Origin: an uncultured Verrucomicrobiae bacterium
GTDB taxonomy: Bacteria > Verrucomicrobiota > Verrucomicrobiia > Limisphaerales > Palsa-1400
Direction: 5' to 3'
DNA: 64,000 nt
NCBI GenBank assembly: GCA_963707025.1
Contig: CAVPOM010000018.1
Span: forward strand, 64,001 to 128,000
Positions within the stretch are counted from its first letter, which is position 1, and every line of letters begins with the position of its first letter. This document shows positions 31,388 to 40,699 of this stretch, in pieces. The translations under genes were made by a program, and so were the position numbers. The notes under the pieces are model-generated. The model was not told the DNA's origin. It did not search any database and was given only the letters and a program-made list of their open reading frames with translations.

Positions 31388-32008
31388 TTACCGTGTGGCC
31401 GGAATCGCCGCAGCCCTGGGGGCGGCGGCGGCGTAAGCCGGTGCCGCCACCGGTGGAACGGTGGAAAATCTCAGCGCGACAATGCCCGGTTGCCCGCCCG
31501 GCCAGAGCGGCGCAAGGAACGCAGTCCCCGGATTGCCGACAGCCGCGGCCTTCCCGCCCAGGCCAACTTGCGCCAAGGAAACGGACATGACGCTGTTCGC
31601 AGGCAGATTCGTTCGGGCGGCAAGGGTGAGCACTTTGGTTTCGTTGGGACCGAGGGCAAGCGCCAGTTCTTCGTGCCACAGAATTGACGGTATCGGCATC
31701 GCCCGCGAGAACAGACTAACCGGCGCCGCAGCGGACAGGGTCGCGCAAACAGAAACGACCGAAGGCTGTTGGAGCGTGTTGACCGCCCGAAGTTCAAATT
31801 CAGGCTGATCGCCCGCCTTGAACTCGCGGCCATTGGCGCAGGAGAGTGTCATCTCAATGCCGTTGGCGGCCAGCTTGGGTTTGGCGATGGTCGCCGCCAG
31901 GGGATTTGCGTCGTTTCCCGACATGAGCGGGCTGGCCAGAAACGCCACGGTGAGTGTGGCGGTCCCCAGGGCCGCGGTCGCGATTTTCAAAAGGTCGTTT
32001 GTTTTCAT
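31388..32008 (-). CDS. Secreted hypothetical protein
   Basis: Signal/TM N-terminus and Ig-like beta pattern; stop lies 12 bp before the next gene. Confidence 0.7.
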   Translation of the reverse strand: MKTNDLLKIATAALGTATLTVAFLASPLMSGNDANPLAATIAKPKLAANGIEMTLSCANGREFKAGDQPEFELRAVNTLQQPSVVSVCATLSAAAPVSLFSRAMPIPSILWHEELALALGPNETKVLTLAARTNLPANSVMSVSLAQVGLGGKAAAVGNPGTAFLAPLWPGGQPGIVALRFSTVPPVAAPAYAAAAPRAAAIPATR

Positions 32009-32176
32009 GTTTCATTAGACGCAAGCCTTGCGCTATTACTCCCGAGAAAAGCAAGGGAACAGGTCTGTCCCGCATAATCCCGTGCTCTGCTGCGGTTGCC
32101 TCCACGGGTGAATTGGCTTGTCGCGGCTTGGATTCCAGGGCATGAAATGGACCTCAACAAAGATGTTGTCTGCCAT

Positions 32177-33520
32177 ATGAATGCTGCCGCGCCCGCCCGC
32201 CCTGTTTTCACGTCCCGAGGCCAATTCCTCTTTCTGCTGGCGGCGATGGCAGGCGGCCTGGCGGCCAATGCCGCCGCCCTGGCGGACCCGGCCGCGGAAC
32301 TGTTTTGGCCGCAGTGGCGGGGGCCGCTCTCGACGGGTGACGCGCCCCGCGCGGACCCGCCGTTGACTTGGAGCGAAACCAATAACGTCAAGTGGAAAAC
32401 CATGATCCCCGGCGAGGGCGATTCCACGCCCATCGTCTGGGGCTTCCGCGTTTTTCTCCTGGCGGCCATTCCGCACGGAACGAATGCCGCCGCGCCCGCC
32501 GCGCCGCAGGCCCCGTCTGAGAGTTACCAATTCGCCGTCCTCTGCCTGGACCGCGCCAGCGGCAAAATCCTCTGGCAACGAATCGCCCGCCAGGAGGCGC
32601 CGCACGAGGGGCGTCAAGAGAACAACACTTTCGCCTCCGCCTCCCCGGTCACCGATGGCCAGCGGCTGCTGGCTTACTTTGGCTCGCGCGGGCTGCACTG
32701 TTATGACTTCGAGGGCCATTTGCAGTGGGAAAAGGATTTCGGCAAAATGAAGACCAAAATGGGGTTTGGGGAAGGCGCCTCTCCGGCCCTGTGGGGCGAC
32801 AAGGTCGTCGTCAATTGGGACCAGGAAGGCGGTGGCTTCATTGTCGCGCTGGACACGGCCTCCGGCCGCGAACTGTGGCGGCGCTCGCGCGATGAAGCCA
32901 CCGGCTGGTCCACGCCGCTGATCGTCGAATACAATGGCCAGCGGCAGGTCATCGTCAACGCCACGAAAAAAGTCCGCGCCTACGATCTGGCCGGCGGCAA
33001 GGAGCTTTGGTCCTGCTCAGGACAGACCGACAACGCCATTCCCAGCCCCGTGGCCGCGGGCGGGGTGGTCTATTTGACCAGCGGGTTCAGAGGCAGCGCG
33101 TTGCAGGCCGTCCGCCTGGGACGGGAGGGCGATCTGACCGGCACCGATGCCATTGTCTGGAGCCACGGCCAGAACACCCCTTACGTGCCGTCGCCCTTGC
33201 TGACCGATAAATTTCTCTACGTCATTTCCGGTAACGACGCCATTGTTTCGTGCTTCGAGGCCGGCAGCGGCCAGGTTTATTTCGAGCATGAGAGGCTGGC
33301 GGGGGTTTACGGGGTCTATGCCTCCCCGGTGGCGGCGCGGGACCGGGTTTATATCCTGAGCCGGGAAGGCGCGTGCGTTGTGCTGAAAAAAGGCCCCGCG
33401 CCAGTGGTGCTGGCAGTCAACAAAGTAGCCGACGACCATTCCGACGCCTCTCTCGCGCTGACGGAGAAGGACCTTTTCCTCCGCACCCGGCACAGTCTTT
33501 ATTGCCTGTCCCAACCCTGA
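32177..33520 (+). CDS. PQQ-like beta-propeller (BamB-family) protein
   Basis: WPQWRGP, NVKWKT.IPG.G.STPIV, repeated G..LW motifs, SP and YASPV. Confidence 0.9.
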   Translation: MNAAAPARPVFTSRGQFLFLLAAMAGGLAANAAALADPAAELFWPQWRGPLSTGDAPRADPPLTWSETNNVKWKTMIPGEGDSTPIVWGFRVFLLAAIPHGTNAAAPAAPQAPSESYQFAVLCLDRASGKILWQRIARQEAPHEGRQENNTFASASPVTDGQRLLAYFGSRGLHCYDFEGHLQWEKDFGKMKTKMGFGEGASPALWGDKVVVNWDQEGGGFIVALDTASGRELWRRSRDEATGWSTPLIVEYNGQRQVIVNATKKVRAYDLAGGKELWSCSGQTDNAIPSPVAAGGVVYLTSGFRGSALQAVRLGREGDLTGTDAIVWSHGQNTPYVPSPLLTDKFLYVISGNDAIVSCFEAGSGQVYFEHERLAGVYGVYASPVAARDRVYILSREGACVVLKKGPAPVVLAVNKVADDHSDASLALTEKDLFLRTRHSLYCLSQP

Positions 33521-33859
33521 CGCATATTCAGTTCGTTCAGCCCCTGTTCCGTTTCGGATAACCCGGCGATGCCCGTCACGCCCAACGCGGCCGGCTTTTC
33601 GCATTCCGCATCCGCCCTCTGCTGCGCCGCAGATGGTCCGCCGGGTCGAAGGCCGCTTCGAGCAACTCTTGGAATCGTGGTCATGACGCCTCGAGGAACG
33701 CCGGATGATAAACCACCTCTGTGCGACCCCGCCATGGGGTGTAACCCTGCCGCGGATGATGGGAGGTGCTTTCCAAAGGCTGACCCGGCGGCGGAAAAAT
33801 TGAAAAATCAAACAACCCCGTGACACTGTGGCAGTGCCGCACAAACCGGAGTTTCAGCC

Positions 33860-34348
33860 CTATGCGGCTGATTCCATCCCTGGCGCAGAACCATTGCCGC
33901 CGGGCGCAGTCTGGGCCGGGCCGCGGCTGGCGTCGTTGCCGGGGGCATCCCGCCAAGATGTGGCGGCCGGGTCGCCCAAGCGGGACGCCAACAGCCGGGT
34001 GACCATCCGGCGGCATTCCTCCCGCCGCTGGTCCAGCTTCCTGCGATAGAGCGTCCCCAGGCCCACAAACGCCAGCAGGCTGATGAGCGAGCCGACACCC
34101 AGGGCGCAATCCAGTTTCACGATGGATTGGGGCGCGCTGTAGGGAAAGTTGGCCAGCAAAATCGCCGGATAGGCAAGGCCCATCAAAGCGAGCGCGGTCA
34201 AGATGGCCATCAGCCAGGCCGCGCGTTGCACACAGCGCTCGTCGCGCTGGAACTGAGTGATCTCCTGCTCCAGTTTCTGGCGCCCGCCGCTTTGCTCGTA
34301 ACGAAGGCAATGCTTCAGAAACTCCGTTTGTAGGTGGTGGTCGCGCAT
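33860..34348 (-). CDS. Two-TM hypothetical protein
   Basis: MRDHHLQTEFL...QRDERCVQRA followed by two TM helices. Confidence 0.65.
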   Translation of the reverse strand: MRDHHLQTEFLKHCLRYEQSGGRQKLEQEITQFQRDERCVQRAAWLMAILTALALMGLAYPAILLANFPYSAPQSIVKLDCALGVGSLISLLAFVGLGTLYRRKLDQRREECRRMVTRLLASRLGDPAATSWRDAPGNDASRGPAQTAPGGNGSAPGMESAA

Positions 34349-34454
34349 GATGGTTGAGACTCCTGCGTTCCTTTCAAGGCAAGGCCCGCGCGCGCCTGCC
34401 ACCGGGCGGAGCGGTCGTGGATTGCCGTGAGGGCCGTTGGTTTCATGATATTCT

Positions 34455-34721
34455 TCAAATCGTCCGGTCACTGCGCCGCTGGTTCACCTGAAGTCTTTCA
34501 TGGGCATGCGCCGGCCTTTTTGCGGATTGTGCGCCTTCGCGCAGATTCCGCGCCAAACCCCTGAAATAGAAACGGGCGGCACCAGGGTGATGACAAAGGC
34601 ATTTTAAGTGCAAGACAGCCCGGCCCAGCGGAGTCAGGGATAAGGTGGCGGCGCTCATGGGGAGTTTGACGTTCCGGGCCTCTCCGGCGCGCCGCGCCCG
34701 TGGCTCCATTGTTTTCATCAT
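34455..34721 (-). CDS. Small hypothetical protein
   Basis: Purine-rich upstream tract; lies just downstream of a sigma54-like motif. Confidence 0.4.
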   Translation of the reverse strand: MMKTMEPRARRAGEARNVKLPMSAATLSLTPLGRAVLHLKCLCHHPGAARFYFRGLARNLREGAQSAKRPAHAHERLQVNQRRSDRTI

Positions 34722-34767
34722 GCGGGTCTCTTTCTTCTTTTGACGCGTTTTACTTCTGCTCAGCCGA

Positions 34768-34783
34768 TGCAAACTACGCGCCG
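34768..34783 (-). promoter_or_regulatory. Putative sigma54 promoter
   Basis: Minus strand CGGCGCGTAGTTTGCA (GG-N10-GC), 47 bp upstream of the ATG at 34721. Confidence 0.45.
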
Positions 34784-34798
34784 GCCGGGGCGTTGGCT

Positions 34799-34816
34799 AT
34801 GGGGTGTTCACCTTAT
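34799..34816. promoter_or_regulatory. Candidate response-regulator operator
   Basis: ATGGGGTG-TT-CACCTTAT imperfect palindrome; related copies at 33734 and 37561. Confidence 0.45.
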
Positions 34817-34916
34817 ATGCAGATGGACGCCAATACGCGATACTTCCCTTGCCTGGGCGGTTTGAGCTTGAGAGATGCAACCTTGCGGAGAGACCCGCTG
34901 AAGCCGGCATGAGAGC

Positions 34917-35616
34917 ATGAAACAAAAACTCAATGGTTTGTCGCAACGATATGTGGCGGCGTTGCGCCAGCATCTAAAGCGGGGTCCGCGCGCGAGCTTG
35001 TCGCCGGCCATGGCCCTGGGACGCCGGGCAGTCGTCCTGGGCCTGGAGACGCTGGAAGTGGCCCGGATGCACGAGGGAGCGATCACCCTGCTGAAACTGT
35101 CCGGCGGCAAAAACGCGATGATCAAGCGGGCGGAAATTTTTTTTATGGAGGCGATCACCCCGATCGTGGAAACCCATCGCGCCGCCCGCCAGAGCAAAAT
35201 TGACTTGCACCGGCTGGGCCACGCGCTGAGCCGACGCACGGCGGAACTGGCCGCCACCAACCGTCAGTTGCGATGGAGCATCGCACGGCGCAAGCGCGTG
35301 GAAGCCGCCCTCGACAAAAGCGGGAAACGCTACACCAGGCTGTTGCGGGATTCCCTGCATTTACAGGAAAGTTTGCGGCAACTGGCGCACGAAGTGCTGG
35401 CGGCGCAGGAAGTTGAACGCCACAAGATCAGCCACGAGCTGCAGGACCAAATCGCCCAGACTTTGTTGGGCATTAATGTCCGGTTGCTCTCGTTGAAAAG
35501 AGGGGCGAAAATCAACACCACGGGCCTCAAGAATGAAATCGCCAGCACGCAGCGGCTTGGTGGTAAACTCAGCCCAGTCCGTGCGGCGGGCCGCCCGCCA
35601 ATTTAGGAACCCATGA
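34917..35616 (+). CDS. RsbU_N-like + HisKA_3 protein lacking the ATPase domain, +1 frameshift near 35557
   Basis: Paralog of the next gene with H-box ISHELQD. Removing one T gives TQRLVVNSAQSVRRAARQFRNP and a stop overlapping the next ATG. Confidence 0.75.
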
Positions 35617-36788
35617 AAGGCAAACTCCTCGACTTGCCACGACGCTATCAGGCGGCGTTGCAAACGCATCTGAAGCAGGGGCGCCAGGCGGGCCTGGAGT
35701 CGGCGCGAGGACTGGGGAGCCAGGCCCTGGCGGCCGGACTGCAAACGCTGGACCTGGCCAAGCTCCACGAGCAAACCTTGCTCAAGCAGGTCTTGCCCGG
35801 CTGCCCGGCGAACAAACGCGCCGCCCTCATCAAGCAGGCGGGGATTTTCTTTGCCGCGGCGGTCACCCCGATTGAGAAAACCCATCGCAGCGCGCGGGAG
35901 GCCGCCGTCCACCTTCAAAAATTCATTGAGGCGCTGAGCCAGCGCACGGTGGAACTGGCCTCTTCCAACCTGGAATTGAGCCACGAGATCAGCCAGCGCA
36001 AGGCGGTGGAGGCGGCGCTCAAAAAAAGCAAGCGCCATTACGCGCAGTTGCTGGAAAAGTCCGAGCGCCTGCAGGAACAATTGCGGGGGTTGTCCCGCCA
36101 GATTCTTTCCGCGCAGGAGCAGGAACGAAAGGAAATCAGCCGCGAACTGCATGATGTCATCGCCCAGACCCTGACGGCCATCAATGTCCGGCTGGCCGCC
36201 TTGAAAAAGGAGGCCGCGGTCAACACCAAGGGGCTGGACCGCAACATCGCCCGCACGCAACGGCTGGTGGAAAAATCGGTGGACATCGTGCATCAGTTCG
36301 CCCGCGAATTGCGCCCGGCGGTTTTGGACGATCTGGGCCTGATCCCCGCGCTGCACTCCTTCATGAAAAACTTCACCGCGCGGACCGGCGTCCGCACCCA
36401 TTTGACGGCCTTTGCGAAAGTGGAAGATCTGGATACGGCCCGGCGCACGGTGCTCTTTCGTGTCGTCCAGGAAGCCCTGACCAATGTGGCCCGCCATGCG
36501 CAAGCCAGCCGGGTGGAAGTGAGCATCCAGCAACTGCCGGACTCTATTTGCATGAAGATATGCGACAACGGCAAATCCTTTGAAGTGGAACGTGTGCTGC
36601 ATGCGCGCGGCGGCAATCGCCTGGGTTTGCTCGGCATGAGGGAACGATTGGAGATGGTGGGCGGTCGTTTCGATGTCCAGTCCGTCCCGGGCAACGGCAC
36701 CACCATCACCGCGCAACTTCGGCCCGGGAAAGGCGCGGGGGGTGGAAGCAGTCGTGGCGCCGCTGAAACCAAATTGAAAAGTCTATGA
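35613..36788 (+). CDS. Cytoplasmic NarX/UhpB-type histidine kinase with RsbU_N-like input domain
   Basis: ERKEISRELHD, ELRP..LDDLGL, QEALTNVARHA, DNGKSF and LGLLGMRER; no TM. Confidence 0.9.
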   Translation: MKGKLLDLPRRYQAALQTHLKQGRQAGLESARGLGSQALAAGLQTLDLAKLHEQTLLKQVLPGCPANKRAALIKQAGIFFAAAVTPIEKTHRSAREAAVHLQKFIEALSQRTVELASSNLELSHEISQRKAVEAALKKSKRHYAQLLEKSERLQEQLRGLSRQILSAQEQERKEISRELHDVIAQTLTAINVRLAALKKEAAVNTKGLDRNIARTQRLVEKSVDIVHQFARELRPAVLDDLGLIPALHSFMKNFTARTGVRTHLTAFAKVEDLDTARRTVLFRVVQEALTNVARHAQASRVEVSIQQLPDSICMKICDNGKSFEVERVLHARGGNRLGLLGMRERLEMVGGRFDVQSVPGNGTTITAQLRPGKGAGGGSSRGAAETKLKSL

Positions 36789-37462
36789 AACGAATAACTG
36801 TTGTGCTGGCGGAAGACCATACCATTGTGCGCGAGGGCTTTCGCATGATGCTCGAACTGGATCCCGATCTGGAAGTCGTTGGCGAAGCCCAAGACGGCCG
36901 CCAGGCCGTCGCCCTGGCCACAAAACTTCAACCCAATGTGGTCTTGATGGACATTGCCATGCCCCTGCTCAATGGTTTGGAAGCCACCCGCCAGGTGCGC
37001 AAAGCCGTCCCGGCCACCAAAGTCCTCATGCTCTCCGCGCACAGCGATGACGCCTACGTGAAAAGCGCCGCCGAATCCGGCGCCGTGGGATTTTTGCTCA
37101 AACAAACCTCCTCCCACGATGTCTGCCATGCGATTCGGCAAGTCCATGCCGGGAAAACGTTTTTCAGTCCCTCCGTCGCCCGGCGCCAGGATCGGCTCCA
37201 GCCGAAATCGCTGGATCGCTCCGGGCGGCTTCACAAAACCGTGGCGCCACTGACTTCGCGCGAGATGGAGGTGCTCCAACTCATCGCCGAAGGCAAGGCC
37301 AACAAGGCAACCGCCGCGGAACTGGGCATCAGCATGAAGACCGTGGAGAAGCATCGCGAGAATCTCATGGCCAAGCTCGACATCCACGACACCGCCGGGC
37401 TGACCCGTTACGCCATCAGCGCGGGCATCATCGAGAACAGCGTCCAGTTGACCATTGTCTGA
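36785..37462 (+). CDS. NarL/LuxR family response regulator
   Basis: EDHTIVREG, LMDIAMP and LTSREMEVL...KTVEKHR. Confidence 0.95.
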   Translation: MKRITVVLAEDHTIVREGFRMMLELDPDLEVVGEAQDGRQAVALATKLQPNVVLMDIAMPLLNGLEATRQVRKAVPATKVLMLSAHSDDAYVKSAAESGAVGFLLKQTSSHDVCHAIRQVHAGKTFFSPSVARRQDRLQPKSLDRSGRLHKTVAPLTSREMEVLQLIAEGKANKATAAELGISMKTVEKHRENLMAKLDIHDTAGLTRYAISAGIIENSVQLTIV

Positions 37463-37733
37463 CGCAGAAAACCCTCCTCCCCCATCCAGGAAGAGGCTTT
37501 GGTCGGCAAGAGGCCCGCAAATTGAACGGGAATAGCTGAGACCGATTCGGCAACTCCGGCATGGGGTGAACACCTTGTAGCGCCCGCACAGTTCTCCAGC
37601 ACTATGAAGCCATGACGCGGCGCACCGCCAGAAGCGCAAAAACCGGACATAAACCGGCCGGCAAAGTTTTTTCAAGCGCAAAGGTGGAAGGCGATAAACC
37701 AGCAAAACCCACTAATTTACAGGCATTTTTGAA

Positions 37734-37809
37734 TGGTGGGCCCAACTGGATTTGAACCAGTGACCAAGCGATTATGAGTCGCTTGCTCTAACCGCTGAGC
37801 TATGGGCCC
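37734..37809 (-). tRNA. tRNA with CAT anticodon, probably tRNA-Ile2 (lysidine type)
   Basis: GGGCCCATAGCTCAGCGGTTAGAGCAAGCGACTCATAATCGCT...GTTCAAATC...GGGCCCACCA. Confidence 0.93.
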
Positions 37810-37846
37810 AAGTAATTTAAAATGAATCACTTATGAATCTGTATTC

Positions 37847-38006
37847 AATGAGAACTTGACAACCTGATACTGCGTGAATGAAGACAAAAACCAGCGAGTC
37901 ACGGCGGGCAAGCAGCCCGGTTGCCAATCTGGTTCGTTACGTTCCATCCGGGTTTTATTTTGCGCGGGCGCGGGTAAGCGGCAAGCTTATTCGCCGGTCG
38001 CGCAAG
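37847..38006 (+). repeat. 160-bp direct repeat, copy 1: integrase 5' fragment
   Basis: About 10 mismatches (hand count) to 49141-49300; encodes ANLVRYVPSGFYFARARVSGKLIRRS. Confidence 0.88.
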
Positions 38007-38099
38007 CCGAAAACCTCGGGCATTGGACAATTTGGCAGTACCAACTTCGAGATTTACGTCCTGCTGATGGTGTATCACCCCTTCATTGAGCAACTCGGT

Positions 38100-39980
38100 T
38101 CAGGCATAGACCAGGAGATCGATGTCGTCGGGCAGGTTGTCGGAGATTTCCCGAATGATGTTGCCGCGAAGAAGATGTGACAGGCCATGTCGCTCGGGTG
38201 CGCCCAAAATCAGATGCGAGGCTCCCATCGTCGCGGTGATGTCCACAATCGTGTGCGCCACGGAGTCGCTCACGGCATAACAGGGAAAGACGGGGTGGGT
38301 GCCGGCTTTTTTCCTTGCTTCAAGGAAGATTTCCCGCGCCTCGGGGTCGTCCTGCCATTTGCGTTTATAGTCGTCCGACGTTAAGACCGGGACAGTGCGG
38401 ATGAACAGGAGGTAGAGCGGGCGGTTGCTTTGCCGGGCTTCCCTAATGGCGAAGTCGAGCGTCTTTCCCAAGCCTCGGACGGCGCACATCATGGGCGAGC
38501 CGGAAACCTCCTGGGAGGGAAAAGTGAACGTAGCGGGTGGCGGCTGGGTGGGGCGCGTGATCGCGGCCGTTTGTCCGGCCATAGCGGGGGCGGCGGCGGC
38601 GGCGGCGGCGGCGGTTTTTTGGCGGTGGGAATGTTCGAGGGCCAATCCACGCATGATCAATCCAATCAGTAGAACGGTGCTGGCAAAGATGCGGGCGTTG
38701 GGCTTGTCGGCGAACAACGACAATTCGATGGCCAGCATGATGAGAAACGTGCAAAACATTAGCACGCGCTCCCACCGCGCCAGGCCCAATTTCCGGTCCG
38801 TGGCGCTGGCTCCGAGGTTGGTGGCGATGGCCCCAACCACGCCCACGGCATAAAGTTCGGCCAAACCGCCCATATCTTTCACCGCAAGGACGAGGAACGC
38901 CGGCACCAGCGACGCCGCGAACAGACCCACATTGGGCACGCCAAAACTGTTGAGGCGCTGGAATTGCGGTGGCAATTCCGCGTCCCGCGACATGAGGAAA
39001 GTGATGCCGACAAGAGCGACAATCGCCGTATTCACAGCCGAGAGGAGAAGGAACCCAAAAACGATGCTAATGATCAGACCTGCAATGTGTCCGGCCCAGA
39101 TGGAGTGGAACTCGCCACTCACGAATTGCTCGCCCATGTATTTGAGCATGTAGTCGCGCACACCAGCATGTCCGGGGGCGTTGACTTGAGCGGGTTGGCC
39201 GGCAACGGTGATCTGGGTCGTCAGGTTGGGCAGAGCATGCATGGCCAAACTGAGCAAGGCGGTGAAAATGCAGACCTCCAGAAGGACCCACAGGATGGCG
39301 CGGGTGGAAGTTTTGGAAACATTGGGGTTGGCCTCGCTACAGCCGGGGTTGAGTTTCATCACGCCTGTGGAGTTGGCAATGGCCTCGACGCCGGAAAGGG
39401 CCAGGACGACACCGACAAATCCATTCCAATTTTTGACGAAACCGCCCTGGAGCGGTTGCAAGTTATCCACCGCCGTCCCCAAATGCGGAAGGGAGAAAAG
39501 CGCCAGCAGCGCCACCGCCGTCATCGTCGGCACCGAGACCAGGAACGCAAGGCCGCCGGTGTGTTTGGGACCGAAGTAGTTCAGGCATCCGATGAAAAGA
39601 ATGGCCAGAGCGGCACAGATGTCGGGGTGCGAGACCCCCAGGTATTGAAAGGCCGACAGTGAGCTAATCGCTGCTGTCACAATGTAATCCGCGATCAACA
39701 AGAAAGCGCCGACAATCGAAATGATCTCCGACCGATGTCGGACACTGGCATAGACGCCGCCACCGTCCGGATAATGCTTGCAGATGGCCATGTAGTTGAC
39801 CCCCACCAGGGCGGTCAGCAGGCACATGGCCGCGATCAACCAGAACGAACTATAACCGCCCACGGCAAAGGCGATGCCGATAACATAGGCTTTGCTGGTG
39901 CCCCAGTCCCCGTACAGAATGGCGGCTGCCCGAGGAGCATCCACATTACGCGGTCGTCGCGTGCTGGTAGTCAGGGTCAT
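38100..39980 (-). CDS. APC-superfamily transporter, KimA/Kup-like, with C-terminal USP-like domain
   Basis: LYGDWGTS, YPDGGGVY, ADYIVTAAIS and SGVEAIAN; about 12 TM; tail LILGA...LLRGNII. Confidence 0.85.
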   Translation of the reverse strand: MTLTTSTRRPRNVDAPRAAAILYGDWGTSKAYVIGIAFAVGGYSSFWLIAAMCLLTALVGVNYMAICKHYPDGGGVYASVRHRSEIISIVGAFLLIADYIVTAAISSLSAFQYLGVSHPDICAALAILFIGCLNYFGPKHTGGLAFLVSVPTMTAVALLALFSLPHLGTAVDNLQPLQGGFVKNWNGFVGVVLALSGVEAIANSTGVMKLNPGCSEANPNVSKTSTRAILWVLLEVCIFTALLSLAMHALPNLTTQITVAGQPAQVNAPGHAGVRDYMLKYMGEQFVSGEFHSIWAGHIAGLIISIVFGFLLLSAVNTAIVALVGITFLMSRDAELPPQFQRLNSFGVPNVGLFAASLVPAFLVLAVKDMGGLAELYAVGVVGAIATNLGASATDRKLGLARWERVLMFCTFLIMLAIELSLFADKPNARIFASTVLLIGLIMRGLALEHSHRQKTAAAAAAAAPAMAGQTAAITRPTQPPPATFTFPSQEVSGSPMMCAVRGLGKTLDFAIREARQSNRPLYLLFIRTVPVLTSDDYKRKWQDDPEAREIFLEARKKAGTHPVFPCYAVSDSVAHTIVDITATMGASHLILGAPERHGLSHLLRGNIIREISDNLPDDIDLLVYA

Positions 39981-40078
39981 TGGGTTGGGCTAAAAACATC
40001 GCGCGGGAGCATACCTGTATCCGGGCCAACCTCAAGCACGGATTGGAAAGCCGCTCGCAAGCCCTGCGTGGAAGATGC

Positions 40079-40459
<381 letters not shown>

Positions 40460-40475
40460 TCATGCACAATGGATA

Positions 40476-40492
40476 AGCAAAGTTAATGCCAA
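40476..40492 (-). promoter_or_regulatory. Sigma54 promoter for the PII-transporter operon
   Basis: Minus strand TTGGCATTAACTTTGCT (GG-N10-GC), about 60 bp upstream of the ATG. Confidence 0.7.
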
Positions 40493-40699
40493 GAAAATCA
40501 GAGATGCTCTCCTTGTGCTTGAAATAAATTCAAAACCAGCTTCCGAGCGTGGAGAACAGGTTGAACTTTCAGTAAAATCAAGCAGGGTGGTCAAAAGGAG
40601 CCAAAGCGGTGAGCATCAAGTTTTCAGTATCAATTTGGGAAGTGCATTAACTGCGAGAAATGATGCTGAATTTGAAACACGCTGGAGTAATATCAAGGC

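Noticed and set aside
33521..37733. Island integrated at the 3' end of tRNA-Ile2
   Set aside because: No duplicated tRNA 3' end (att site) or integrase found on that side by eye.
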